Assembly (NCBI GenBank): GCA_005790505.1
Contig: SXUP01000052.1
Span: forward strand, 2,490 to 66,489
Direction of reading: 5' to 3'
Length of the DNA: 64,000 nt
DNA from: Actinomycetota bacterium
GTDB taxonomy: Bacteria > Actinomycetota > Acidimicrobiia > Acidimicrobiales > Ilumatobacteraceae
Below, one piece after another: positions 1-8,691 of the stretch. The stretch's first letter is position 1. Every line of letters starts with the position of its first letter. The translations under genes and the position numbers were made by a program. A model generated the notes under the pieces. The model was given only the letters and a program-made list of their open reading frames with translations, was not told where the DNA came from and did not search any database.

Positions 1-740
1 ACGACAGCACTATGCAGCGAGTCCTTCGTATAAACAGGTGCAGAGCAACCTTCAATGTAGTGAACTTTTGAGCCCTCGTCGGCGATAATGAGTGTCCGCT
101 CAAACTGTCCAGCACTTTCACTATTGATGCGGAAATATGCTTGTAAAGGCATTTCACACTCAACACCTGGTGGTACGTATACAAATGATCCACCAGACCA
201 AACTGACGTGTTAAGAGCCGAAAACTTATTGTCACCGGGAGTAATAATCGTTCCAAAATATTGCTTTACCAACTCTGGATATTCACGCAAGGCTGTGTCC
301 ATGTCACAAAACAAAATGCCCTGCTCTTCGAGTTCTACGCGATTGCGATGAAACACGACCTCTGATTCATACTGCGCCGTGACGCCCGCAAGATATTTGC
401 GCTCGGCTTCAGGAATTCCTAGTTTTTCGTAGGTCGCCTTCATTTGCTCGGGCAGGTCATCCCATTCATCTACTTGACCTGTCGCGGGCTTGAGATAGTA
501 ATAGATATCCTGAAAATCAATATCGGGCATGTTGACGGCAAACCACTCAGCCATCGGTTTGCGGTCAAAAGTCTGCAAACTGCGCAACCTCATTTTGCGC
601 ATCCATTCGGGCTCCCCTTTCCACCAAGAAATTTGCTCAACAACGCGATCATTGAGTCCCTTTTCTGGGACAAACGCATACTCCACATCGTCATTCCATC
701 CAAGGCTGTATTTGGTTAGATCTAGATCAAAGGATGTCAT
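1..740 (-). CDS. sufB: Fe-S cluster assembly protein SufB, N-terminal part (gene continues past the window start)
   Basis: My own reverse-strand translation from the ATG at 738-740 gives MTSFDLDLTKYSLGWNDDVEY...RKPMAEWF...LGIPEAERKYLAGVTAQYESEVV...GDNKFSALNTSVWSGGSFVYVPPGV...LQAYFRINSESAGQFERTLIIADEGSKVHYIEGCSAP, the conserved SufB core. It is absent from the ORF track because it stays open to the window edge. Confidence 0.85.
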   Translation of the reverse strand, partial: MTSFDLDLTKYSLGWNDDVEYAFVPEKGLNDRVVEQISWWKGEPEWMRKMRLRSLQTFDRKPMAEWFAVNMPDIDFQDIYYYLKPATGQVDEWDDLPEQMKATYEKLGIPEAERKYLAGVTAQYESEVVFHRNRVELEEQGILFCDMDTALREYPELVKQYFGTIITPGDNKFSALNTSVWSGGSFVYVPPGVECEMPLQAYFRINSESAGQFERTLIIADEGSKVHYIEGCSAPVYTKDSLHSAV

Positions 741-838
741 CGGGATGAACTTGGCTTTCGGTGTTTGGGGGTAATTAACACTATCGTCATAGTAACAATT
801 CCGAGGGCTGCCGCCACAACGGTAGCCTGTTATTTCCC

Positions 839-1936
839 ATGGAACGCTTCGGACTTGTTGGACTCCCCAACGCAGGTAAATCATCTTTATACAACGCCCT
901 CACGGGTGGTGGGGCCCTGGCTGCTCCGTACCCCTTTGCCACCAAAGACCCCAATATCGGAGTCGCAAAAGTGCCTGATTCGCGCCTCGACGCACTGGCG
1001 GTGATGTCACAAACAAAGAAAATCGTTCACGCAGCAGTCCAGGTAGTTGACATCGGTGGTCTAGTTGAAGGTGCGAGCAAAGGGGAAGGCCTTGGCAATA
1101 AGTTCTTGGCCAATATTCGCGAAGTAGATGCCATCGTCTTGGTTTTGCGGGCCTTCATTGACTCCGACGTCACGGGTCCCAATGATCCACTCGAACATCT
1201 GCGCATCGTCGAACTAGAGCTGGCCCTTGCAGATTTAGAAACTGTCGATTCACGTCTCAAGCGGGTGCAAAAAGCGGCACGCGTCGACAAAAGTGTCGCC
1301 GAAGAAGTCAGTGTATTGCAACGGGCCCACGAAATTTTAAATAGCGGCATTCCGATTTACCGCTCCGAGATGAGCGCTGACGACCGCGAGATTCTTGCAC
1401 CACATTTTTTGCTCACCAATCGTCGAGTGCTCGCTGTGATCAATGTCGGCGAAAATGAACTGGACCGTATCCCTGAACTTGAAGCACGTGTCCGTGCCGA
1501 GATTGCACCAACAGGTGCGTCCTATGCCAGTGATGTGGAGGTTTTAGGGATGAGCGTGCAAATTGAGGCAGAAGCAGCACTTCTTGAGCCCACCGACCGT
1601 GCCGAAATGCTTGAAGCACTCGGACTCGGTGAAGGCGCGCTCACCCGCATGGTGCGCAGCGCTTATCATCTCCTCGGGTTGCGCACTTTTTTTACAACAG
1701 GAGACAAAGAAACAAGAGCCTGGACCTTCAATGCTGGTGCAAAAGCCCCAGAATGCTCTGGCAAAATTCATTCAGATCTGCAACGCGGATTCATTCGTGC
1801 CGAGGTCATTCATTGGGATGAACTTCTGCAAATAGGTTCTTGGAACAAAGCCAAAGAACAAGGCAAGATTCGTGCCGAAGGAAAAGAGTATGAGTTTCTT
1901 GATGGCGATACCGTGGAGATACGCTTTAACGTGTGA
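839..1936 (+). CDS. ychF: redox-regulated ATPase YchF (Obg-family GTPase-like)
   Basis: 365 aa. P-loop GLVGLPNAGKSSLYNALT and a C-terminal ...FIRAEVIHWDELL...GDTVEIRFNV end typical of YchF. Confidence 0.9.
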   Translation: MERFGLVGLPNAGKSSLYNALTGGGALAAPYPFATKDPNIGVAKVPDSRLDALAVMSQTKKIVHAAVQVVDIGGLVEGASKGEGLGNKFLANIREVDAIVLVLRAFIDSDVTGPNDPLEHLRIVELELALADLETVDSRLKRVQKAARVDKSVAEEVSVLQRAHEILNSGIPIYRSEMSADDREILAPHFLLTNRRVLAVINVGENELDRIPELEARVRAEIAPTGASYASDVEVLGMSVQIEAEAALLEPTDRAEMLEALGLGEGALTRMVRSAYHLLGLRTFFTTGDKETRAWTFNAGAKAPECSGKIHSDLQRGFIRAEVIHWDELLQIGSWNKAKEQGKIRAEGKEYEFLDGDTVEIRFNV

Positions 1937-1961
1937 CGCCGTCACGCCAAGTTGGTTGCTC

Positions 1962-2333
1962 ATGGGTCTGCGGAAAAAATCCCCCATCGATTTTGAGTTG
2001 GTTTGGCTAGTTTCTGATGCGCGCGTGCTTGCGTCAGCAAAATTAGCCAGCAGCCGCAGGACGCGGCGGCGCGGTCTCATCGGCGTGCAAAGCATTGATG
2101 AAGCATTAGTTTTGCAGCCGTGCCGATGGATACACACATTCGGAGTGCTTCATGCCCTTGACATTGCATACCTTGACCAACAAGGCGTCGTGCTACACAT
2201 TCAACACATCAAACCCAAGCGCATTGGAATGCCTTTGTGGAAAGCCGCAACCGTGATTGAGGCCACCAGAGGTTCATTGGAACGCTGGAATTTAAATATC
2301 GGGGACCTCGTGGAAGTTCGTCATGTCGACTGA
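1962..2333 (+). CDS. DUF192 domain protein
   Basis: The C-terminal pattern ...LVLQPCRWIHTFGVLHALDIAYLDQQGVVLHI...ATVIEATRGSLERWNLNIGDLVEV resembles DUF192. I moved the start to the internal ATG at 1962 because the track ORF (1872) overlaps ychF. Confidence 0.55.
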   Translation: MGLRKKSPIDFELVWLVSDARVLASAKLASSRRTRRRGLIGVQSIDEALVLQPCRWIHTFGVLHALDIAYLDQQGVVLHIQHIKPKRIGMPLWKAATVIEATRGSLERWNLNIGDLVEVRHVD

Positions 2334-3174
2334 CAATATTCAGACGATCATTCCGGGGCTCTGGTTGATTGCAACACCTATCGGCAATCTTCAAGACATG
2401 ACTTCGCGTTCAATAGCAGTCCTCGGAGCTGCACAGGTCGTGTGCTGTGAAGATACGCGCCATAGCGGAAAACTTCTGAAACACATTGGAGCACAGCCAC
2501 AACGCCTCATCGTTGCCAACGAACACACCGAGCACGACGCGACCTCCCAAGTCCTGGAAGCACTCGCCAATGGACACATCGTGGCGCTCATTACTGACGC
2601 GGGCACACCAGGCATTAGTGACCCTGGCGAACGCATCGCTCGTGCAGCAATTGCAGCAGGATTTTTCGTTAGCGCAACCCCTGGACCGGCAGCATTCGTG
2701 ATGGCGGCCATCATCAGTGGTTTTTCCACAACGCGAATTGCTTTTGACGGCTTTCTTCCACGTGCGGGCGCGGAGCGACGCCAACGTTTAACGGAGATTA
2801 CCCGCGAACGGCGCACTCTGGTTTTATACGAGGCACCTCATCGGCTCTCAAAGACGATTGCTGATCTCATTGCTTTGGGCGACCCTGAGAGACGAGTTGT
2901 CTTGGCCCGCGAACTCACAAAATTGCACGAAGAAACATGGCGCGGAACTCTCCGACAAGCGATGCAACACATTTCTGACAATGAGCCTCGGGGGGAATAC
3001 GTCATCGTTCTTGAGGGCGTGAGCAACATTGCCGATGAAATATCTGATGATCAAATCTTGACGGAGATTCAATTGCGAAAATCAGGTGGCCTGAGCAACC
3101 GCGACGCTGTCGACGAAGTAAGTTCCGTGCTCGGCGTTGCCCGTAAACGTGTGTACGACTTGGCAACCAAGTAG
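2323..3174 (+). CDS. rsmI: 16S rRNA (cytidine1402-2'-O)-methyltransferase RsmI
   Basis: LWLIATPIGNLQDMTSRSIAVLGAAQVVCCEDTRHSGKLL followed by ...TDAGTPGISDPG..., the RsmI/tetrapyrrole-methylase-fold signature. Confidence 0.85.
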   Translation: MSTDNIQTIIPGLWLIATPIGNLQDMTSRSIAVLGAAQVVCCEDTRHSGKLLKHIGAQPQRLIVANEHTEHDATSQVLEALANGHIVALITDAGTPGISDPGERIARAAIAAGFFVSATPGPAAFVMAAIISGFSTTRIAFDGFLPRAGAERRQRLTEITRERRTLVLYEAPHRLSKTIADLIALGDPERRVVLARELTKLHEETWRGTLRQAMQHISDNEPRGEYVIVLEGVSNIADEISDDQILTEIQLRKSGGLSNRDAVDEVSSVLGVARKRVYDLATK

Positions 3175-3187
3175 CAGGGATAAAATT

Positions 3188-3994
3188 TCAGGTTGGCGAG
3201 ATTGGGGCAAGCGCTAACTGCCGACTCATCGCTACACAAACGCCATCTGAGTCCCATATCTCACCGTCTTCTTCAAAATAGTTACCCTGCACGACCCGCG
3301 TTGTGAAGGAACATCGCAACGGACCAGGGGCTGGAACCGCGCGAACGTGCACGGTCATCTCAACAGTGGGAACCCACCCTTGAGAACCAAAGATGTTAAA
3401 CCACGTCGGTGGAAAGGCATCAGCCACCAACAACAATGCCAACGTGTCGATGGGTCTGTCGTCAGCAAAACTAAACCAGCCCCGCATCTGACCCACTCCA
3501 GAGAATGCCCCAGAGTAAAATTTTGAGTCGTCGGGGTGAATAAAAAGACTTACTCGTTCAACTATTCCCATTGGAATTGGTGTTGGTTGACCACGGCGCG
3601 CAACACACTCCTGAATCGGTGGCAACTCGGGCGGTCTCGCCGTGACGTGACGAACTAAGCCCAATGGTTGGACTTCACCGAAAGAGCCAATAAGGCGCAT
3701 TAGTTCGCGATCATCTCGACGAAGCACTGCAGCGACTGTGCTTATTCGTTTTCCAGATTTCACTACCTCAGTTGCACATTCGGCGTCACCTGCAGGCGCT
3801 GGTGCCAAAAAGTGCGCGGATATCGAGAGCGGGTCCTGACGTCGGGCTGCCATTCGCATTGCTTGAGCAGCGCGAGCCATCAAGTAGCCCCCGTTAGCGT
3901 TAGCACCAATATCCCACCCACCAATGATTGGTGTTCGAAACACTCCATTTGCTTCAGGAATAGCAAGGACTGCATCATCAAACTCATAAGACAT
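3188..3994 (-). CDS. acyl-CoA thioesterase family protein (double hot-dog, TesB-like)
   Basis: About 268 aa. GGWDIGANANGGYLMARAAQAM... and the overall layout resemble thioesterase-like PF13622-type proteins. Start chosen at MSYEFDD (3994); the track ORF starts at 4018. Confidence 0.55.
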   Translation of the reverse strand: MSYEFDDAVLAIPEANGVFRTPIIGGWDIGANANGGYLMARAAQAMRMAARRQDPLSISAHFLAPAPAGDAECATEVVKSGKRISTVAAVLRRDDRELMRLIGSFGEVQPLGLVRHVTARPPELPPIQECVARRGQPTPIPMGIVERVSLFIHPDDSKFYSGAFSGVGQMRGWFSFADDRPIDTLALLLVADAFPPTWFNIFGSQGWVPTVEMTVHVRAVPAPGPLRCSFTTRVVQGNYFEEDGEIWDSDGVCVAMSRQLALAPISPT

Positions 3995-4070
3995 CTCAAT
4001 AACCGTATAGATACGCACTCAAATAAAACGAGCCAAGGTCGGCGACATCAACTGCCCTAGTCTGCATAGC

Positions 4071-5579
4071 GTGAATCGTTACTACCTCACCACCCCGATC
4101 TATTACGTGAATGCACGCCCTCATCTTGGGCATGCCTACACCACCATTGTCGGGGATGCTGTTGCTCGTTGGCACCGCTTACTTGGCCATGATGTACATT
4201 TTTTAACAGGCACCGATGAGCACGGCTTAAAAATACAGCAAGCTGCAGATGCGGCAGGGGTGGCACCGCAAAAATTTGCCGACGATATTGCTCCCCTTTT
4301 TGAACAAGCTTGGCAACGTCTAAACATTTCTTATACTGATTTTATTCGCACGACCGAGCAGCGGCATCGAGCGGGAGTCAGCAAGTTGCTGCAGGCCTGT
4401 TTCGATGCTGGTGATATTGAACTCGACTCTTATAGCGGGCTTTACTGCGTCGCCTGTGAAGCGTATTACACCGAAGAAGAAGCGCAAAACAACATCTGCC
4501 CGATTCACAAGAAACCAGTTGACAGAGTTGAAGAAGAGAATTATTTCTTCCGTCTCTCACGTTTTGAAGACCGCTTATTGCAGTGGTACGCCGATCATGC
4601 TGGTGCAGTCGTGCCAGAGCATCGCGTCAACGAAGTGATTGGATTCATAAAGCAGGGTCTTAATGATTTCTCGGTGAGTCGCAAGACCCTTAAATGGGGA
4701 ATACCGCTGCCCTTTGATAAGACCCACGTTGCGTATGTGTGGTTTGACGCCTTGGCCAACTACATCACCGCCCTTGGATATGGATCAGACGACGAATCCT
4801 TGTTCCAGAAATACTGGCCTGTGAATCATCACCTCATAGGCAAAGATATTCTGCGTTTCCATTGCATCTATTGGCCTGCAATGTTGATGTCTGCCGGCAT
4901 CGAGCCACCCAAAGGGTGGGCCGTTGGCGGGTGGCTGTTAGTTGGCGGTGAAAAAATGAGCAAGACATCCGGAAACGTTGTCGACCCACTTGACCTAGTT
5001 GATGATGTCGGTGTTGACGCATTTCGTTATTACGTTTTGGCGAACACAAATTATGGCAATGACGGTGATTTTACATTCGAAGGTCTGATTGCCCGCTACA
5101 ACTCTGACCTTGCCAATAACTTGGGAAATCTTACTTCTCGAATTGCAACTGTTGTTGAAAAAAAATGCAATGGGCTCGGAACGGCGCCGCAACATGACAG
5201 TGCTTTAGCATCAATTGCACAACAGGCTGTTGTTGCTGCTGGTGACCATTGGGAGAACATGCAACCAAGCAAGGCACTTGACGCCACCTGGTCACTTATT
5301 AGGGCTACCAATGCACATCTCGAAAATCATGAACCATGGAAAGCAGAACCAGGTCAGACTGTTGACGCCGTCATGGGTGATGCACTTGAAGCCTTGCGCA
5401 TCATTGCAATTTTGGCTTACCCAGCGATGCCTGACACGGCACAAGAAATTTGGCGCCGAATCGGTTTGACCGGAGAGATACTTGATCAACGAATTTCGAC
5501 CTCCGGACAATGGGGCGGATACGTTGCCGGAAATGCCGTTCTGAAGGGCGAATCGCTGTTTCCACGTCGCAAGGTGTAA
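4071..5579 (+). CDS. metG: methionine--tRNA ligase (short form, no C-terminal tRNA-binding domain)
   Basis: TTPIYYVNARPHLGHAYTT (HIGH-type motif), KMSKTSGN (KMSKS motif), and a Cys knuckle CVACE...CPIH. GTG start. Confidence 0.9.
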   Translation: MNRYYLTTPIYYVNARPHLGHAYTTIVGDAVARWHRLLGHDVHFLTGTDEHGLKIQQAADAAGVAPQKFADDIAPLFEQAWQRLNISYTDFIRTTEQRHRAGVSKLLQACFDAGDIELDSYSGLYCVACEAYYTEEEAQNNICPIHKKPVDRVEEENYFFRLSRFEDRLLQWYADHAGAVVPEHRVNEVIGFIKQGLNDFSVSRKTLKWGIPLPFDKTHVAYVWFDALANYITALGYGSDDESLFQKYWPVNHHLIGKDILRFHCIYWPAMLMSAGIEPPKGWAVGGWLLVGGEKMSKTSGNVVDPLDLVDDVGVDAFRYYVLANTNYGNDGDFTFEGLIARYNSDLANNLGNLTSRIATVVEKKCNGLGTAPQHDSALASIAQQAVVAAGDHWENMQPSKALDATWSLIRATNAHLENHEPWKAEPGQTVDAVMGDALEALRIIAILAYPAMPDTAQEIWRRIGLTGEILDQRISTSGQWGGYVAGNAVLKGESLFPRRKV

Positions 5580-5590
5580 CGGCGCACAAC

Positions 5591-6352
5591 ATGAAGTGGA
5601 CCGATACTCATTGTCATATTCTTGACGACAAAATGACATTATCCGCCGATGACTCGCTGTCGGCTGCGCGCCTTGCTGATGTCAATCGATTCATCGTTAT
5701 TGGGACGGATGCCCAGTCAAGTATCGGAGCAATCGAACTCGCATCAAAACATCCTGATGTGTGGGCAACAGTTGGATTGCATCCACATGATGCCACGCTT
5801 GGAACGAACACCGTGGCTCACTTGTTGCCGTCAGCACGTGTCGTCGCAGTCGGCGAATGTGGGCTTGATTATTATTACGAACATTCGCCGCGCACCACGC
5901 AGCGTCAAGTATTTGCTGAGCATATTGCCCTCGCCAAGCAACATGACCTCACTTTGGTGATTCACACTCGTGATGCGTGGGATGACACCTTTGATGTGCT
6001 TGACACCGAGGGGTTGCCACAACGAACAGTTCTACATTGTTTTACGGGTGGCCCAGATGAGGCGCGTAAATGTTTAGATCGAGGAGCCTTTTTGTCCTTT
6101 AGCGGAATCGTTACTTTTAAAAACTCAGCCGACAACCAAGCCGCTGCGAGGATCTGCCCTCCTGACAGATTGTTAATTGAGACCGACAGCCCATATCTTG
6201 CTCCTGCTCCGCAGCGGGGACGCCCAAACCAGCCAGCGTTCGTTGGTTTCGTGGGCACTGCCATTGCTGATCTGCGCGGTCAACACCCGAGCATCATTGC
6301 TGAATCAACAAGTGCCGCAGCAGTCCTTGCGTTCCCTGGAATTGGTTCGTAG
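5591..6352 (+). CDS. tatD: TatD family metal-dependent DNase/hydrolase
   Basis: MKWTDTHCHI..., GECGLDYYY, LVIHTRDA, ETDSPYLAP. Start moved to the ATG at 5591, just after the metG stop. Confidence 0.85.
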   Translation: MKWTDTHCHILDDKMTLSADDSLSAARLADVNRFIVIGTDAQSSIGAIELASKHPDVWATVGLHPHDATLGTNTVAHLLPSARVVAVGECGLDYYYEHSPRTTQRQVFAEHIALAKQHDLTLVIHTRDAWDDTFDVLDTEGLPQRTVLHCFTGGPDEARKCLDRGAFLSFSGIVTFKNSADNQAAARICPPDRLLIETDSPYLAPAPQRGRPNQPAFVGFVGTAIADLRGQHPSIIAESTSAAAVLAFPGIGS

Positions 6353-6361
6353 CGTTAAGTC

Positions 6362-6874
6362 GTGAACCTTTCTCGTATTGATCGCAATCGGATGGTTGCT
6401 GCCAGCGCGTTGACGATGATTGTCCTGCCAATGGCATGGATGGCAAGTGGTTCAACTCGCCCAACGGAGGCAACACTTGCCAAACCGGCACCCACCACAA
6501 CGACCACACTCGATACTGGACTTTCCTCGAGCGCCAATGCTGACTCGGCTGCAAACTTAGAAGGCCCGACTGCACTTGAACAAACAGGCACGGGACAGAT
6601 TGCCTATCCGGCGCAGACTCCGATCAACTCGTTGCGCGGTCGAGCAACTTTTAAGCGCTTCCCTGATTCTGCGATCACTGGCTGCGCCGCTGGTTCAGTT
6701 CCACTCGGCACTGAAATCACTGTCTCGAATCTCAATAATGGTCGCAAAGTTAAGTGCACCAACATCAATATTGGATACATTCCAGCCGGTGCTGACATTG
6801 TGGTGCACACAGGACTATTCGAAGACTTAGCCAACTTGATTGATGCACCGCTGCCTGTCGAGTTGCGCTGGTGA
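6362..6874 (+). CDS. secreted or membrane-anchored protein with a C-terminal RlpA-like double-psi beta-barrel module
   Basis: N-terminal hydrophobic segment AASALTMIVLPMAWMASG, a Thr/Ser/Ala linker, then GRATFKRF...CAAGSVPLGTEITVSNLNNGRKVKCTNINIGYIPAGADIVVHTGLFEDLA, which resembles the RlpA DPBB consensus. GTG start. Confidence 0.5.
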   Translation: MNLSRIDRNRMVAASALTMIVLPMAWMASGSTRPTEATLAKPAPTTTTTLDTGLSSSANADSAANLEGPTALEQTGTGQIAYPAQTPINSLRGRATFKRFPDSAITGCAAGSVPLGTEITVSNLNNGRKVKCTNINIGYIPAGADIVVHTGLFEDLANLIDAPLPVELRW

Positions 6875-7701
6875 CGTTGACTCAGGCGCAAATATCAGCG
6901 CAACTGCATGCCGCCGGATTGACCCCCCGACGGGCTCTTGGACAAAATTTTGTCGTTGACGCCAACACAGTGCGCCGTATCGCGCGATTATGCGGAGTTG
7001 GGCCCACAGACAACGTGCTTGAAATCGGGGCAGGGCTCGGATCACTTACTCTCGCGCTGGCAGAGAGCGGCGCCCAAATTACCGCCATTGAGATTGACCA
7101 ATTAATTATCCCACTGTTGCGTCAAAATGTAGCTAAGTGCCCAAATGTGTCCGTTGTCCAAGCAGATGCAATGACTCTTGACTGGTCCACAATTGCAGAC
7201 CCAGCGCGCAGATGGCACCTCGTAGCAAATTTGCCGTACAACGTTGCAACACCCATGATTGCCGACATTCTTGACACGGTTCCACAAATTAAAGAATTTT
7301 TTGTGATGGTGCAACGAGAAGTTGGTGAGCGACTTGCCGGTGCCCCACGCACCAAGGCCTACGGAGCCGTCAGCGTCAAGGTCGCGTTTTGGGGACACGC
7401 CGAAATAGTCGGCGTGGTTCCGGCTTCGGTATTTTTGCCAAAACCCAACGTTGAGTCTGCGCTCGTTCGTATTGTGCGACATAACGAACCACTTGACGAC
7501 AAGGTAAACACGGCAGAGTTGTTTTCTCTCGTGCGAACGGGATTTGCAAAGCGACGAAAAATGTTGCGCGGAGCACTGGCCAATCTTGTTACTCAAGCCC
7601 AATTCAACGAAGCAGGAATCGAATCAACTGCTCGTGCCGAGGAACTATCGGTGCATGATTGGATTCGTCTGTCTAATGTTTTGCAAGAGGAACATTCATG
7701 A
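6871..7701 (+). CDS. rsmA: 16S rRNA (adenine1518/1519-N6)-dimethyltransferase RsmA/KsgA
   Basis: LGQNFVVD, LEIGAGLGSLT, ANLPYNVATP. The GTG start overlaps the upstream stop. Confidence 0.9.
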   Translation: MTLTQAQISAQLHAAGLTPRRALGQNFVVDANTVRRIARLCGVGPTDNVLEIGAGLGSLTLALAESGAQITAIEIDQLIIPLLRQNVAKCPNVSVVQADAMTLDWSTIADPARRWHLVANLPYNVATPMIADILDTVPQIKEFFVMVQREVGERLAGAPRTKAYGAVSVKVAFWGHAEIVGVVPASVFLPKPNVESALVRIVRHNEPLDDKVNTAELFSLVRTGFAKRRKMLRGALANLVTQAQFNEAGIESTARAEELSVHDWIRLSNVLQEEHS

Positions 7702-8435
7702 GCGAGATTGTACGGGCGCATGCAAAACTAACGTTGTCGTTGAACATTACCGGTGTGCGTCCAGATGGTTTGCACCTTATTGATGCATCAATGGTGAGTC
7801 TTGAACTGCACGACACAGTCACAATCACTCCCGGCGGATACGGAATCACCCTTGACGGACCATTTGCCAATGGTGTTCCAACGGATGAGACGAATCTGGT
7901 TCACCAAGCCTTACAGTTAGTTGGTAAAAGCGCTGCAGTACACATCGAAAAAAATATTCCTGCGGGTGGTGGGCTTGGTGGGGGCTCAACGAATGCGGCG
8001 GCGATACTGCGTTGGGCAGGTTTTAGCGATCTGGATGCGGCAAGCGTCATTGGAGCAGACATTGCGTTTTGTTTAGTCGGTGGTCATGCCCATGTGACAG
8101 GCATCGGAGAAATCGTTACAGCGTTGCCACCAATAAGTGGTGACTTCACTCTCATTACCCCGCCACTCCATGTGGCCACACCACTCGTTTATGCAGCATG
8201 GGATCGTTTGGGGTCACCTCATCATGAATCAGGCAACGATCTTGAGCCTGCTGCAATCGAAGTTTGTCCTGAATTGGCAATCTGGAAAGCGCGTATCACT
8301 CAAGTAATTGGTTACGCCCCAACACTGGCCGGATCTGGTGCGACATGGTTTGTTCGGGGGCATCAGCATCGCCTTGTCAAAGCACTTCCTGAAGCAGTCG
8401 TGACTATGACTTCAACTCAAACTACGACTGCGTAG
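7698..8435 (+). CDS. ispE: 4-diphosphocytidyl-2-C-methyl-D-erythritol kinase
   Basis: GHMP-kinase motif IPAGGGLGGGSTNAAAIL, and the conserved position after rsmA. Confidence 0.85.
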   Translation: MSEIVRAHAKLTLSLNITGVRPDGLHLIDASMVSLELHDTVTITPGGYGITLDGPFANGVPTDETNLVHQALQLVGKSAAVHIEKNIPAGGGLGGGSTNAAAILRWAGFSDLDAASVIGADIAFCLVGGHAHVTGIGEIVTALPPISGDFTLITPPLHVATPLVYAAWDRLGSPHHESGNDLEPAAIEVCPELAIWKARITQVIGYAPTLAGSGATWFVRGHQHRLVKALPEAVVTMTSTQTTTA

Positions 8436-8566
8436 CAGGTTAAATCATTTTCAGGAGATTTTTGCTGATGCTCTCATGATGCTTTTTGACTTGTGCACCG
8501 ATAATAGAAAATAACCCACCTTTACCTAAGTGGTTGAGCGAAAATCCGCTACCGTTTAGGTGTCTA

Positions 8567-8637
8567 TCCGAGGTCGTTCAATGGCAGGACAGCGGGTTTT
8601 GGTCCCGTTGATAGGGGTTCGAGTCCTCTCCTCGGAA
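8567..8637 (+). tRNA. tRNA-Gln (anticodon TTG), CCA not encoded
   Basis: Hand-folded cloverleaf. Acceptor stem tccgagg/cctcgga, anticodon stem gcggg/cccgt with loop tt-TTG-gt, T arm agggg-ttcgagt-cctct. Confidence 0.8.
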
Positions 8638-8691
8638 CTTAATACTTCATCGGTCAACACCTATCGGGCTCATTCTTGCTAGAACTTTCCC

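Noticed and set aside
88-1004. Four plus-strand ORFs (88-351, 444-719, 529-774, 765-1004) at the window start.
   Set aside because: They lie antisense to, or overlap, a clear SufB reading frame on the minus strand (1-740) or the ychF start. Their translations are low-complexity with no recognisable motifs.
8436-8566. A possible sigma-70-type promoter for tRNA-Gln (TTGACT at 8486-8491).
   Set aside because: No convincing -10 hexamer is found at 16-18 nt spacing; the candidates are TAGAAA at 13 nt and AAATAA at 17 nt. The evidence is too weak to report as a feature.
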